A DNA stretch of 64,000 nt. Source: Squalus acanthias (Eukaryota). This document shows, in pieces, positions 24,358-38,992 of this stretch. The notes beneath the pieces were generated by a model, which was not told the origin of the DNA, did no database searches, and saw only the letters and a program-made list of their open reading frames with translations. Numbering within the stretch: position 1 is the first letter of the stretch; every line of letters starts with the position of its first letter. The stretch covers positions 1,736,001-1,800,000 of the forward strand of contig CM059433.1 of the NCBI GenBank assembly GCA_030390025.1, given 5' to 3'. The translations under genes were made by a program, and so were the position numbers.

Positions 24358-25624
24358 AGATGGTTAGCACTTGGTTAGCACAAACCATCTGTGGGTGCAG
24401 CCCTCCCATGTCTCCATCTCCTATAGAGGCAGCTGAGTGAGTTCCCAGGCCTTACTCTGCCTCGTCCTCTTGATGTTCCTCCTATTGTAGCCTGTCCTTC
24501 TTGGGAATTGTGCGCAGTCCTTTCCCTGCATGACAAATTAATACTTGTTATTGTCAGTCACAGATTGTTGAGTTTGACAACTATTTGAGAATTCTCATTA
24601 CTTCTCTTATTGAACTCCCATAGTGTGGCTTCAGCGGTCATGCACGCATTGCAGAATGATGTGACCAGTTAATTGAAGTCTTCCATGTGCAGATGTCACT
24701 ATGGAACAGTGCAGCCTTAATTGAGCGCAGCATATTCGCCTATACCAGGGCTTCCTCCGCCCTCCTCCCTATGATTTTTTGGGTCTCCCGGCAGAAGTGG
24801 GCAGTTATTGGCAGGTCAAATTCTTTTGTCCCGCTCAGCAATATTTAAGTTTGCTGACCACGGAACTTGTGTCAGCGTCAGGGTGGTTGAACGTAGCAGG
24901 AGTCCTGCTCTGCTACACTATGGTGGCGGATCACACGACTTGGAATGGCAGGCTGTTATATCAAATAATATTAAAGTCTTGAGGAACGTAAAGGTGGTAA
25001 TACAATCTTGGTGTTCAATGCATGGACCATTGACGATGACACTAGAACCAATGAAGACACTAGGACACAAGTGGAGCAGCGAACTCTCTGCTTACAGGTT
25101 TCTACTTCAGCTCATTTGAATAACAGGGGATGCCTGGGAGAGATTTGATTTGGAGGACAAGAGGATGAGGTTGGGGGGGGCGGGGGGGTGGGTGGTGAAG
25201 CAGAAGCAGCTGAATAATGGTCTCAATCTTAGTGACAAACAAGTTCATGAGCTCCTCGGGCTTGTTGCAGGAGGTGAGGGTGGAGGGGCAGAGGAGAGAG
25301 GTTCAGGGAAATGTTTGATAGTGGAGAAATGAAGGCACGGGTTATCTTTGTTCTCCAGGATGTTCCTGGTTTAGTGAGCAGTTTTGGCAGATTTAGGGAA
25401 GAGAAATAGTTCCATTCTCTAATCAATCTTGCAATTTTATAAACCTGTTACTGCACCTGAGTCTAATTCTTTTTTATCTAGCAGCATTGATCAAGATACC
25501 CATTTTGCAAATGTGAATCTTTCTACATATAATAAAAGAATGTTCTGTGTCTATGTGAATGTAGGGTTCCTATTTGCTTTCTGATTGACCTAGCACCAGC
25601 CAATCAGAATGCAAAATAAAGTTG

Positions 25625-26131
25625 AGCGCAACCAAAACTCTGCTGCCCGTATCTTAACTTGCACCGAAGTCCCTTTCACCCATCATCCCTGTGCTCGCCT
25701 GACCTAGATTGGCTCCCGGTCTGACAACGCCTCAAGTTTAAAATGCACATCCTTGTGTTCAAATCCCTCCATGGCCTCGCCCCCTCCCTATCTCTGTAAC
25801 CTCCTCCAGTCCCACAACCCTCTGCGCTCCTCCAATTCTGGTCTCTTGTGCATTCCCGATTTCCTTCGCCTCTCCATTAGCGGCCGTGCCTCCAGCTGTC
25901 TGGGCCCTAAGCTCTGGAATTCCCTTCCTAAACCTCTCCGCCTCTCCACTTCTTTCTCCTTCTTTTAAGACACTTCTTAAAACCTATCGATTTGACCAAG
26001 CTTTTGGCCACCTGCTCTAATATCTCTTTATGAGGCTCAGTGTCAATTTTTATCTGATAACGCTCCTGTGAAGCACCTTGGGACATTTTACTTCAGTAAA
26101 GTTGCCATATAAATGCAGCTGTTGTTGTTGT
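25625..26131 (+). mobile_element. L2-clade LINE 3' fragment
   Basis: QNSAARIL / LGPKLWNSLP-type C-terminal remnants and (TTG)n tail. Confidence 0.75.
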
Positions 26132-27119
26132 AACACTCTGTTAAAGTATACCTGACAAATAAAACAGCAATGCATTGTCATGTCATCCAGTACCTTTTCT
26201 ACACTGCAATCTGCATACAACGTCAAGCAATGATCTTTGTTCACTTCCATACTACATGGAACAATATGAAGTGTCTGACAGTAGGAAGGATGGTAGACAG
26301 AAGAATAACAAAACTGTGCTTTCATTCAGAACAAGAGCAATAAAATATTTCCTGTGGTTTCATTCTTGTAGGAACAGCTGATCTTTTACTAGTTCCTACT
26401 TGACACAGATTAGTATCTGCTCTTTAGCTAATTACACCCGCAGGGTCTGGCTGCCACCCTTTCACTGCATCCTGCGTTTAATACCACCCAAATGATTCTG
26501 CAAATGATTTGTGACCTCCAAGTCACAATAGATGGAAAGACACGTACACACACTGCAATAAATAATGATTTTAGCTTGAATTGCACTCCAAGATTCCTCA
26601 GAGATCATTCATCCACCAAGAATTTCAGCCCCCTTTCCTGCCTTTAGATCTTAAATCAAAAGCAATTGAATTAAAAGCACTTCTTTCTCGCCTAACACCT
26701 GGGCAGTCAGCCAAACCTCTCATCAGCTGATCAGAAACACAAACTGAGCAAATACCACATCTAAGCCGGAGCCCAAGGACTGAGTCTCTATTGATTAAAC
26801 CCCATTGGTGGTCATAAAACCTGAAGGGAATCCGATGGAGGTATTTCTCTCTCTTTTATTTCCCCCCCCCCCACAAACAGTTTCTATATGGTAAATCCTT
26901 TTAAAGGGCAAGCAAACTCCAGTAGTGAGGTCATTCCTTTCATCACATCACCGACACACTTACAGGCTTTGCCTTCCCTCTAATGACTGGGAGCGTTGCT
27001 CAGCGGTTGCTGATCCCTCAGGTCAAACAGCAGTGAGCTTCGATCGAGCTTCACCAATTGGAAGATGATGAATTTTGGCCCAGTTTGGGTGAGTTTTGTT
27101 AGGATTGCCCTGTCCCTGT

Positions 27120-27519
27120 ACATACAAACATACGTACATAAATACAAACATACGAATTAGGAGCAGGAGTAGGCCACTCGGCCCCTCGAGGCCTGCTCCG
27201 CCATTCAATAAGATCAGGGCTGATCCGATTACTCCACATTCCTGCCTACCCCCGATAACCTTTCACCCCCTTGCTTACCAAGAATCTATCTACCACTGCC
27301 TTAAAAATATTCAAAGACTCTGCTTCCACCGCCCTCTGAGGAAGAGAGTTCCAAAGACTCACGACCCTCTGTGAGAAAAAAATTCTCCTCATCTCTGTCT
27401 TAAATGGGCGACCCCTTATTTTAAACAGTGACCCCTAGTTCTAGATTCTCCCACAAGAGGAAACATCCTCTCCACATCCACCCTGTCCAGACCCCTCAGG
27501 ATCTTATATGTTTCAATCA
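27120..27519 (-). mobile_element. CR1 3' fragment
   Basis: LIETYKILRGLDRVD...RTRGH plus CR1 3' UTR and simple-repeat tail. Confidence 0.9.
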
Positions 27520-28357
27520 AATAAAATATATTTAACTTTGGGAGGCTTTTGTTTACCTGCCTCATTACGGAACACACTGGCCACATTAGTCGTAGCGCCA
27601 GTATATATGCATTTTCAAAGCTTCCCATGTTGTTGTTGGAAGGGATGAACTGACATTCCTTTTTCCCTCTTAAATATCCATCTGTTTACTTGCTGCTATA
27701 TTGAGTGTCCAAACCGTCCAATTTGTATGCTGGTTTAGAAACTGTGAGCTCAATGGACAGGAATTTATTGGATTCTTGCGCCCTTGGGATGGCGTATCCA
27801 CATTGTGGGGAAAGTCATAGGAAATGATGGTGTAATTGAGTTACTGCGCCACTATTCACACTACTTCACCGAAACCATGAAACGTTGATTATCACAGCTC
27901 CGCCCACCATCCAAGAGAATGGCGATTGCAAATTTCCTGGATTTGCACCAGTTATCTCAGCACAGCCACTCAGACTGAAAAATGATGGCGTGGGTGGGCC
28001 CTTGGTCACCTGGTGTCAATGTGATTTACAGCTCTCACAGGATTCTCAGTCTGGGAGGATCATTAAAGCTGTGGTCTTTGCAGTCTTGAATTGATCTGGC
28101 AAAGAGAGAAGACCGTCATCCTATCAGTCTCAACTAGTTTTTTTTGATAAAGGTGATTGAGTAAACCCCTCACTTACAAATTCTGTAGTTTTTGCTCTAA
28201 CGCATCAGTAAATTTTTCAGATTGACAGGCAGATCGTTTTAAGGGTGCAACTGACAACTCAGATCAGCCAGAACGATATGTTGTTAGTTTAGGTTCTGAG
28301 GTAGGCTGGTGTGGGAATGGAGCTGATAGAATTTCTGTCTGAAAATTGTCCGGCCTA

Positions 28358-29123
28358 GAACACAAGAACATTAGAAACAGGAGCAGGAGTCGGCCATTCG
28401 GCCCCTCGAGCCTGCTCCGCCATTCAATAAAATCATGGCTGATCTTCGACCTCAACTCCACCTTCCCACCCTGGACCAATATCCCTTGGTTCCCTTAGTA
28501 TCCAAAAATCTAGCGATCTCGGTCTTGAATATACTCAATGACTGAGCCTCCACAGCCCTCTGGGGTAGAGAATTCCAAAGATTCACCACCCTCTGAGTGA
28601 AGAAATTTCTCCTATCTCAGTCCTAAATGGCCGACTCCCTTATTCTGAGACTGTGACCCCTGGTTCTAGACTCTCCAGCCAGGGGAAACATCCTCCCTGC
28701 ATCTACCCTGTCAAGCCCCTTAAGAATTTTAAACATTTCATTATCACCTCTCATTCTTCTAAACTCTAGGGAATATAGGCCCAGTCTACTCAATCTCTCC
28801 TCATAGGACAATCCCCCCATCCCAGCAATCAGTCTGGTGAACCTTTGTTGCACTCCCTCTAAGGTAAGTATATCCTTCCTTAGGTAAAGAGACCAAAACT
28901 GTACACAGTACTCCAGGTGTGGTCTCACCAGGGCCCTATATAATTACAGCAAGAATTCATTACCCTTATACTCCAACCCCCTTGCAATAAAGGCCAACAT
29001 ACCATTTGCTTTCCTAATTGCTTGTTGTACTTCATGTTAACTTTCAGTGATTCATGTACAAGAACACCCAGGTCCCTCTGTATACCAACATTTCCCAGTC
29101 TCTCACCATTTAAAAAATATTCT
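28358..29123 (-). mobile_element. CR1 3' fragment
   Basis: RPHLEYCVQFWS...RTRGHSL plus 3' UTR. Confidence 0.92.
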
Positions 29124-29413
29124 ACAGAGCACTGCTTCTATAGAGCGCTAAACTCGGGAATTTGGTGAGTGAGGGAATTCGGTGAGTGAGGGAATTCGGT
29201 GAGGTGGGAGCCGAGAGATGCTGCTTGATACATTAAAAAAAATAAACAACTAGGTTTAAATTAGGACTGTGGGCTAAGTTACAGTAAAGACCTAAAGCAT
29301 ATAACTAAATTTAATAAATTAAACAAGGTTATTACCTAGATTAAAAACTATTAATAGATAATTGAGTATTTCAAAATTTGAAAACCTAATTAGTGAAATA
29401 AAATACAATAGAG

Positions 29414-32148
29414 ATGGCAGGGCAGGTGATGTGTTGCAGCTGTAGCATGTGGGAGCTGGTGGACCCCAGTCTGATCCACAGCAACCACATCTGCAGTAAG
29501 TGCCTGCAGCTCGAGGAACATCGGCTCAGAATTGATGAGCTGGAGTCCGAGCTTCGGACACTGCGATGCATCAGGGAGGGAGAAAGTTACCTGGACACTT
29601 TGTTCCAGGAGGCAATCACACCCCTTAGGTTAAATACTTCAGATTTGGTCCATGGTCAGGGACAGGAGGGTGTGAATACGAGTGAGGCAGGTATGGGGAT
29701 CCAGAAGGTAGCATTGGAGGAGCCTCAGCCCTTGCACTTGTCCAACAGGTACGAGGTTCTTGCAGCCTGTGTGGACGAGAGCAGGGACTGCAGGGAGGAT
29801 GAGCAAACTGACCAGAGCACCATGGTATAGGGGGCCATTCAAGTTGGGGGAGTAAAAAGAAATGTTGTAGTGATAGGGGACAGTATAGTTAGGGGGATAG
29901 ATACTGTTCTCTGCAGCCGAGAGCGAGAGTCCCGAAGGCTGTGTTGCCTGCCCGGTGCCAGGGTTAAGGACATCTCCGCAGGGCTGAAGAGGAACTTGGA
30001 GTGGGAGGGGGAGGATCCAGTTGTCATGGTCCACGTAGGCACCAATGACATAGGTAGGACAAAGAAAGAGGTTCTGCTGAGAGAGTATGAGCAGCTAGGG
30101 GCTAAATTAAAAAGCAGAACCACAAAGGTCATAATCTCTGGATTACTACCTGAGCCACGAGCAAATTGGCATAGGGTAAATAATGCCAGGGGATCTCAGA
30201 GACGCCGTAATTGTGACCATCTTCAAGAAAGGTGACAAGTCCGATTGCGGTAATTACAGAGGAGTTTCCCTGCTGCCTGCCACAGGAAAAGTCATCGCAA
30301 GAATCCTCCTTAATCGCCTTCTCCCAGTGGCCGAAGAGCTCCTCCCAGAGTCGCAATGCGGATTCCGCCCACTAAGGGGCACAATGGACATGATCTTCAT
30401 CGCACGTCAATTACAAGAGAAATGCAGGGAACAGCACCAACCGCTGTACATGGCCTTCTTTGATCTCACAAATGCCTTCGACACTGTCAACCGTGAGGGA
30501 TTATGGCGTGTCCTCCGCAAATTCGGCTGCCCTCAAAAGTTTGTCACCATCCTCCACCTGCTTCACGACGACATGCAAGCTGTGATCCTGACCAATGGAT
30601 CCACCACAGTCCCAATTCATGTACGGACCAGGGTCAAGCAAGGCTGTGTCATCGCACCAACGCTCTTCTCGATCTTCCTTGCTGCAATGCTCCATCTCAC
30701 CCTCAGTAAGCTCCCCGCTTGATGGAGCTAATTTACAGAACAAACGGGAAACTGTTCAACCTCCGTCGCCTCCAGTCCAGATCCAAGGTCGTCCCATCCT
30801 CTGTCGTCGAATTACAGTATGCAGACGACACTTGCGTCTGCGCACACTCTGAGGTCGAACTCCAAACCATCGTCAACACCTTCACCAAAGCGTACGAGAG
30901 CATGGGCCTTACACTAAACATCCGTAAGGCAAAGGTCCTCCACCAACCTGCCCTCGCCACACAGTACTGCCCCACGATTATCAAAATCCACGACAAGGCC
31001 TTGGACAACGTGAATCACTTTCCATACCTCGGAAGCCTACTGTCCACAAGGGCAGACGTCGATGACGAAGTCCAACACCACCTTCAGTGTGCCAGTGCAG
31101 CCTTCGGTCGCCTGAGGAAGAGAGTGTTTGAAGACCAGGACCTCAAACCCGGCACTAAGCTCATGGTCTACAGAGCAGTAGTGATACCCTCCCTCCTGTA
31201 TGCCTCAGAGACATGGACCATGTACAGCAGGCACCTCAAAGCACCGGAGAGGTACCACCAGCGCTGCCTCCGCAAGATCCTGCAAATCCATTGGCAGGAT
31301 AGGCGCACCAACGTCAGTGTTCTCGCTCAGGCCAACATCCCCAGCATCGAAGCTTTGACCACGCTCGATCAGCTCCAATGGACGGGTCACATTGTCCGCA
31401 TGCCCGATATGCGACTCCCAAAACAAGCGCTCTACTCGGAGCTCCGGCACGGCAAGGGATCCCCAGGTGGGCAGAGGAAACGCTTCATGGACACCCTCAA
31501 AGCCTCCTTGAAAAAGTGTAACATCCCCACCAACACCTGGGAATCCCTGGCCCAAGACTGCACAAAGTGGAGGAGAAGCATCGGGGAAGGCACCAAACAC
31601 CTCGAGTCTCTTCGCCGGGAGCAAGCGGAAGCCAAGCGCAAACAGCGCAAGGAGCGCACGTCAACCCAAGCACCCCACCCACCCGCCCCTTCAACCAGCT
31701 TCTGCCCCACCTGTGACAGAGAATGTAGGTCCCGCATTGGACTCATCAGTCACCTGCAAACTCATTTTTAATGTGGAAGCAAGTCATCCTCGGTTCCGAG
31801 AGACTGCTTAAGAAGAGAAGAGGCACCAATGACATAGGTAGGACAAAGAAAGAGGTTCTGCTGAGAGAGTATGAGCAGCTAAGGGCTAAATTAAAAAGCA
31901 GAACCACAAAGGTAATAAACTCTGGATTACTACCTGAGCCACGAGCAAATTGGCATAGGGTCAATAAGATCAGAGAGTTGAATGCGAGGCTCAAGGATTG
32001 GTGTGGGAGAAATGGGTTTCAATTCATGGGGCACTGGCACCAGTACTGGGGAAAGAGGGAGCTGTTCCGTTGGGACGGGCTTCACTTGAACCATGCTGGG
32101 ACCAGTGTCCTGGCGAATCGAATAACTAGGGCTGCAGAAGGGGTTTAA
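29414..32148 (+). pseudogene. CR1 ORF1: zinc finger/leucine zipper plus SGNH esterase
   Basis: CxxC...CxxC, coiled coil, then GDS, GTND and DGLH blocks. In-frame stop at 29828 and an RTE insertion. Confidence 0.92.
30184..31820 (+). mobile_element. RTE-clade LINE, 5'-truncated, with 147-bp TSD
   Basis: NYRGVSLL, LPESQCGFR, KQGCVIAPTLF, YADD, C-terminal CPTC...H...H zinc finger, very short 3' UTR and AAGAG tail. Confidence 0.95.
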
Positions 32149-33106
32149 ACTAAATATTAGAGGGGAGGGTTCAGGTGAGGGGAAACTTAGAAAGTTAAAG
32201 AGAAAGAACAAGGCAATAGTGCAGGGTAGCGATAGGGGCAATGATAACCAGAGTGTGACAGGAAGGGACAGAACGTACAAGCATAAGAGTGCACCAGCAA
32301 ATAGGGTCAGAGTAAGGGAAAATGGTAAAAAGACAAAATTAAAGGCACTTTAGCTGAATGCACGCAGCATTCATAACAAGATAGATGAGTTGACGGCACA
32401 AATAGAAATAAATGGGTATGATCTGATAGCCATTACAGAGACGTGGCTGCAAGGTGACCAAGGCTGGGAACTGAATATTCCAGGGTATTTGACATTTTGG
32501 AAGGATAGGCAGAAAGGAAAAGGAGGTGGGGTAGCTCTGTTAATAAAGGATGAGATCAGTGCAGTGGTGAGAAATGATATTGGCTCGGAAGATCAAAATG
32601 TAGAATCAGTTTGGGTGGAGATAAGAAATAATAAGGGAAAGAAGTCACTGGTAGGAGTAGTCTATAGGCCCCCTAACAGTAGCTACACTGTGGGACAGAG
32701 TATAAATCAAGAAATAATGGGGGCTTGTAAGAAAGGTACTGCAATAATCGTGGGCGATTTTAATCATCATATAGATTGGACAAATCAAATTGGCAAAGGT
32801 AGTCTTGAGGATGAGTATATAGAATGTATTCAGGACAGTTTATTAGAACAATATGTTGTGGAAACAACCAGGAAACAGGCTATTTTAGATCTGGTAATGT
32901 GTAATGAGACAGGATTAATTAATGATCTCATAGTAAAGGATCCTCTAGGGAAGAGTGATCATAACATGTAGAATTTCGCATTCAGTTTGAGGGTGAGAAA
33001 CTTGTGTCTGAAACTAGTGTCTTAAAATTAAATAAAGGCAATTACAAGGGTACGAAGACAGAGTTGGCTAAAATGGACTGGGAAAATAGATTAAAGGGTG
33101 AGACGG

Positions 33107-33895
33107 TCTTCTTAGGCAGTCCCTCTGAACCGAGGATGACTTGCTTCTCATTAAAAATGAGTTTTCAGGTGACTGATGAGTCCAATGAGGGACATACAGT
33201 CTCTGTCACAGGTGGGGCAGATGGTGGTTGAAGGGGCGGGTGGGTGGGGTGCTTGGGTTGACGTGCGCTCCTTCTGCTGTTTGCGCTTGGCTTCCACTTG
33301 CTCCTGGCGAAGAGACTCGAGGTGTTCGGCACCTTCCCAGATGCTTCTCCTCCACTTTGTGCGGTCTTGGGCCAGGGATTCCCAGGTGTCAGTGGGGATG
33401 TTGCACTTTTTCAAGGAGGCTTTGAGGGTGTCCTTGAAACATTTCCTCTGCCCACCTGGGGCTCTCTTGCTGTGTCGGAGCTCCGAGTAGAGTGCTTGTT
33501 TTGGGAGTCGCATATCGGGCATGCGGACGATGTGGCCCTTCCATCTGAGATGATGGAGCGTGGTCAAAGCTTCGATGCTGGGGATGTTGGCCTGAGCGAG
33601 AACACTGACATTGGTGTGCCTATCCTGCCAATGGATTTGCAGGATCTTGCGGAAGCAGCGTTGGTGGTACCTCTCCAGTGCTTTGAGGTGCCTGCTGTAC
33701 ATGGTCCATGTCTCTGAAGCTTGACCCCGGTCCGTACGTGAATTGGGTCTGTTGTGGATCCGTTTGTCAGGATCACGGCTTGTATGCCGTCGTGAAGCAG
33801 GCGGAGGATGGTGACAAGCTTTTGAGGGCATCTGAATTTGAGGAGGTCACTCCATAATCCCTCACGGTTGACAGTGTCGAAGGCCTTTGTGAGGT
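33107..33895 (-). mobile_element. RTE LINE of the same family, 5'-truncated with an internal deletion of about 560 bp
   Basis: Matches 30460-30640 joined directly to 31203-31815. Confidence 0.95.
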
Positions 33896-35575
33896 AGATA
33901 AGCAGTGGCAGACTTTTAAGGAGATATTTCATAACTCTCAACAAAGATATATTCCAGTAGAAAGAAAGACTCTACGAGAAGGATGAACCGTCCGTGGCTA
34001 ACTAAGGAAGTTAAGGATGGTATCAAATTGAAAGAAAATGCATACAATGTTGCAAAGATTAGTGGTAGGCCAGAAGATTGGGAAATGTTTAAAAACCAGC
34101 AAAGGATGACTAAAAAATAATAAAGAGGGAGAAAATAGATTATGAGAGTAAATTAACAAGAAATATAAAAACGGAAAGTAAGAGCTTCGACAAGTATATA
34201 AAAAGGAAGAGAGTAGTTAAAGTAAATGTTGGCCCCTTATAGGATGACATTGGGAATTAATAATGGGAAACAAGGAAATGGCTGAGACTTTGAACAAATA
34301 TTTTGTATCTCTCTTCACGGTAGAAGACACTAAAAGCATCCCAATAATCATGGAAAATCAAGGGGCAAGAGGAAGGGAGGAACTTAATACAATCACTATC
34401 ACTAGAGAAAAAGTATTAGGCAAACCAATGGGACTAAAGGCTGACAAGTCCCATGGACCTGATGGCCTGCATCCTAGGGTCTTAAAAGAAGTGGCTGCAG
34501 AGATAATGGCTGCATTGGTTGTAATCTTCCAAAATTCCCTAGACTCTGGAAAGGTCCCAGCAGATTGGAAAACAGCAAATGTAACGCCCCTATTCAAGAA
34601 AAGAGGGAGACAGAAAGCAGAAAACTATAGGCCAGTTAGCCTAACACCTATCATTGGGAAAATGCTGAAATCCATTATTAAGGAAGTAGGAACTGGACAT
34701 TTAGAAAATCATAATACGATCAAGCATAGTCAGCATGGTTTTATGAAAGGGAAATCGTGTTTGACAAATTTATTAGAGTTCTTTGAGGATGTAGCGAGCA
34801 GGGTGGATAAAGGGGAACCAGTAGATGTGGTGTATTTGGATTTCCAAAAGGCATTCGATAAGGTGCCACATAAAAGGTTACTGCACAAGATAAGAGCTCA
34901 CTGTGTTGGGGGTATATTATTAGCATGGATAGAGGATTGGCTAACTGACAGAAAGCAGAGAGTCGGGATAAATGGGTCATTTTCAGGTTGGCGAATTGTA
35001 ACTAGTGGGGTGCCGCAGGGATCAGTGCTGGGGCCGCAACTATTTACAATCTACATTAATGACTTGGATGAGGGACCGAGCGTACGGTAGTCAAATTTAC
35101 TGATGATACAAAGATAGGTGGGAAAGCAAGTTGTGAGGAGGATACAAAGGGCTGGATTTTTATCGAGGAGGCGAGTTGAGGATGCCACTGGCCCGCAGTT
35201 CTGATTTTTGCTTCATTGGCCTCGTTACGGGCAACGTGCGGGTCCCTCCAGGCAATTGCTTGGAGCATGTCAGTTTCTGGCGTCTAATGACGTGTTTTTG
35301 GAGTAAAAATCTAAAGGGGCCGTGTCCCCATTGCAAAAAATGTAACTGGAATGGCTTGGTTCTGCTTATCTAGAAAGGGGAGATGACAGCGGCTGGTGTG
35401 AACACAAATAATTGAATAAAATTGCTGGTCATATTTTTCCAGAAAGACATTTATGATATTTTTATCTATCAATGTAGTATGTGACTAAGAAATGAAAAAT
35501 ATGCCAGATGTGTTCCAATCATTGGCATGGTAAAATTAATGCTTTTTTCTCTTAAAGGTGTTGGCTGCTGCAGGA

Positions 35576-37169
35576 ATGGCAGCCCCAAAAACTAAGGCTG
35601 CAGCCAAGTTCAATGAGGGCTCCCTCCCTCACATCAGTAGCTGGGAAAATGCTGGAATCTATTATAAAGGATGCAATAACTGGGCACTTAGAAACTAATA
35701 GTAAGATTGGGCAGAGTCAACATGGATTTATGAAAGGGAAATCCTGTTTAACAAACCTATTGGAGTTCTTTGAGGAAGTAACTAGTGGATGTGATGTATT
35801 TGGATTTTCAGAAGGTCTTCGATAAGGTCCCACACAAGAGGTTGGTGAACAAAATTAGGGCACATGGAATTGGGGGTAATATACTAGCATGGATTGAGAA
35901 TTGGTTAACAGACAGAAAACAAAGAGTAGGGATAAACGGGTCTTTTTCAGGATGGCAGGCTGTGACTAGTGGGGTACCGCAAGGATCGGTGCTTGGGCCC
36001 CAGCTATTCACAATCTATATCAATGATTTGGATGAGGGGACTAAATGTAACATTTCCAAATTTGCTGATGATACAAAGCTAGGTGGCAGTGTCAGTTGTG
36101 AAGAGGATGTGAAGAGGCTTCAAGGGGATCTCAACAGGCTCAGTGAGTGGGCGATAGCATGGCAGATGGAATATAATGTGGATAAATGTGAAGTTATCCA
36201 CTTTGGTAGAAAAAACAGAAAGGCAGAGTATTTCCTAAATGGTGAAAGATTGGGGAATGCAGATGCTCAAAGGGACCTGGGTGTCCTTGTACATGAGTCA
36301 CTGAAAGTGAATGTGCAGGTGCAGCAAGCCATTAGGAAGGCAAATGGTATGCTGGCCTTCATTACAAGAGGATTTGAGTACAGGAGTAAAGAAGTCTTAC
36401 TCCAATTATATAGGGCCTTGGTGAGACCACACCTGGAGTACTGTGTACAATTTTGTTATCCTTACCTAAGGAAGGATATACTTGCTATAGAGGGAGTGCA
36501 ACGAAGGTTCACGAGATTGATTCCTGGGATGGCGGGATTGTCGTATGAGAAGAGATTGAGTAAACTAGGCCTGTATTATCTTGAATTCAGAAGAATGAGA
36601 GGGGATCTCATTGAAGCATACAAAATTATTACAGGGCTTGATAGGGTGGATGCTGGGAGAATGTTTCCCTTGGCTGGGGAGTCTAGAACCAGGGGCCACA
36701 GCCTCAGGATAAAGGGTAGGCCATTCAGGACTGAGATGAGAAGAAATTTCTTCACACAGAGGGTGGTGAATCTTTGGAAAGCTCTACCCCAGAGGGCTAG
36801 GAGGCTCAGTCATTGGGTATATTCAAAACAGAAGTCGCTAGATTTCTGACTAGTAAGGGCATCAAGGGATATGGCGATAGGGTCGGTGAATGGAGTTGAG
36901 GCAGAAGATCAGCCATGATCTCATTGAATGGAGGAGTAGGCTCGAAGGGCCGAATGGCCTATTCCTGCTCCTATTTCTTATGTTCTTATTCTCTTGTGGA
37001 GGGAGTTAGAGGACGTCAGGAGGTCCTCTTCCCTGGAAACGGAAGGAGGAGGCCTCCTCAGCAAACCAAGGCAGATTGGCTGCAAATTGCTGAGGAGGTG
37101 AGTTCGAGGTCTGTGTGCAGACGCACATGGGTTCAGTGTCGAAAAAGGTTCAATGATCTGCTGAGATAA
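35576..37169 (+). pseudogene. Harbinger Myb/SANT-like DNA-binding domain, split by CR1
   Basis: MAAPKTKAAAKFNEGSL (35576-35626) joins SLVEGVRGRQEVLFP...WLQIAEEV...QCRKRFNDL (36990-37169). Confidence 0.85.
35627..36989 (+). mobile_element. 5'-truncated CR1 LINE
   Basis: 354-aa RT ORF plus 3' UTR and tail. Confidence 0.95.
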
Positions 37170-38992
37170 CCTAAAGTCTGGCCTCTCTGTTCTGGGAAAT
37201 TGAAGTTCAAGAGTGAGGGCTCAGGGCGAATGCCATGTAAAATGTTGGTGGTGACACTGAGCACTTTAGTACACAGATGATGCCTGGGGTTTTGAGGATG
37301 TCAGACTTATATTCATCTCCATGTGCCAGCCACCTGTGGTTGAAGCGTAAGCTTACACAAATCTGGCATGGATGAGTGCATCCCTTGGCTGACGGCCAGC
37401 AATGTGTTTGCCTGCTGCTGGTTTGGCCACATCCGGCCCCGCAAAGTGTCACTGCCCGTCCTCCTCCTCATCCTCTTCCTTATCCTCTTCCTCATCCTCT
37501 TCTTCATCCACTTCCTCATCCTCTTCCTCGGCCTCTTCCTCTTCCTCTGAGCAGGCTGTGTGCTAAACCACTTGTTCATGCGGCAGCACTAAGCTGTGCG
37601 ATGTTGTGCAGGGCACAGCAGGCCACGACGATTCTGGACACCCAGGCTGGTGTATACTGCAAGGCTCCTCCAGATCTGGCTAGGCATCAGAAGCACATTT
37701 TGAGCAAGCCGATGGTTTGCTCAATGATGCTTCTGGTGGAAATGTGACTCACATTGTACCGCTCCTCAGCATCATTTGATGGCCTCCTCATCGGTCTCAT
37801 AAGCCACTTTTTCAGGGGATGGCCCTTGTCGCCAAGAAGCCATCCGGAAAGTTGGTTTGGCGGATGGAAGAGCTGAGTCACAGTAGACAGGATGAAGGAG
37901 TCATGGCAACTGCCAGGGTACTTTGCGCAAACATGCAGGATGATCTTCCTAGCTGGATGTTCAGGGAGTGGAATCCCTTGCGGTTGACAAATACAGCTGG
38001 GTTGTGATGGGGTGCCCTAATGGCTACGTGTGTGCAGAAACATAGAAACATAGAAACATAGAAGATAGGAGCAGGAGTAGGCCATTTGGCCCCTCGAACC
38101 TGTTCCGCCATTTAATGAGATCATGGCTGATCATCCAAATTCAGTACCCTGTCCCTGCTTTTTCCCCATATCCCTTGATCCTTTTAGTCTTAAGAAATAT
38201 ATCTAACTCCTTCTTTAATATATTTAATGAATTGGCCTCAACTGCCTTCTGTGGTAGAGAATTCCACAGGTTTACCACTCACTGGGTGAAGAAATTACTC
38301 CTCATCTCAGTCCTAAATGGCTTACCCCTTATCCTTAGACTGTGACCCCTGGTTCTGGACTCCCCCACCATCGGGAACATCCTTCCTGCATCTAGTCTGT
38401 CTAGTCCTGTTAGAATTTTATAAGTTTCAATGAGATCCCCTCTCATTCTTCTAAACTCCAGCGAATACAAGCCCAATCGACCCAATCTCTCTTCATACGT
38501 CATTCCTGCCATCCCAGGTATCAGTCTGGTGAATCTTCGCTGCACTCCCTCCATGGCAAGAACATCCTTCCTCAGATAAGGCGACCAAAACTGCACACAA
38601 TACTCAAGGTGTGATCTCACCAAGGCCCTGTACAACTGCAGCAAGACATCCTTGTTCCTGTACTCGAATCCTCTCGCTATGAAGGCCAACATACCATTTG
38701 CCTTCTTAACCGCCTGCTGCACCTGCATGCTTACCTTCAGCGACTGGTGCACAAGGACACCCAGGTCTCGTTGCACTTCCCCTTTTCCCAATCTATTGCC
38801 ATTCAGATAATAATCTGCCTTCCTGTTTTTGCCACCAAAGTGGATAACCTCGCATTTATCCACATTATACTGCATCTGCCAAGAATCTGCCCAATCACCC
38901 AACCTGTCCAAATCATACTGGAATTTCTCAGCATCCTCCTCACAGCACACACGCCCACCCAACTTTGTATCGTCTGCAAACTTGGAGATATT

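Noticed and set aside
33170..33200. Hammerhead-like CTGATGAGTCC...GGAC
   Set aside because: No GAAA after the stem; it is the antisense of the RTE zinc-finger coding region.
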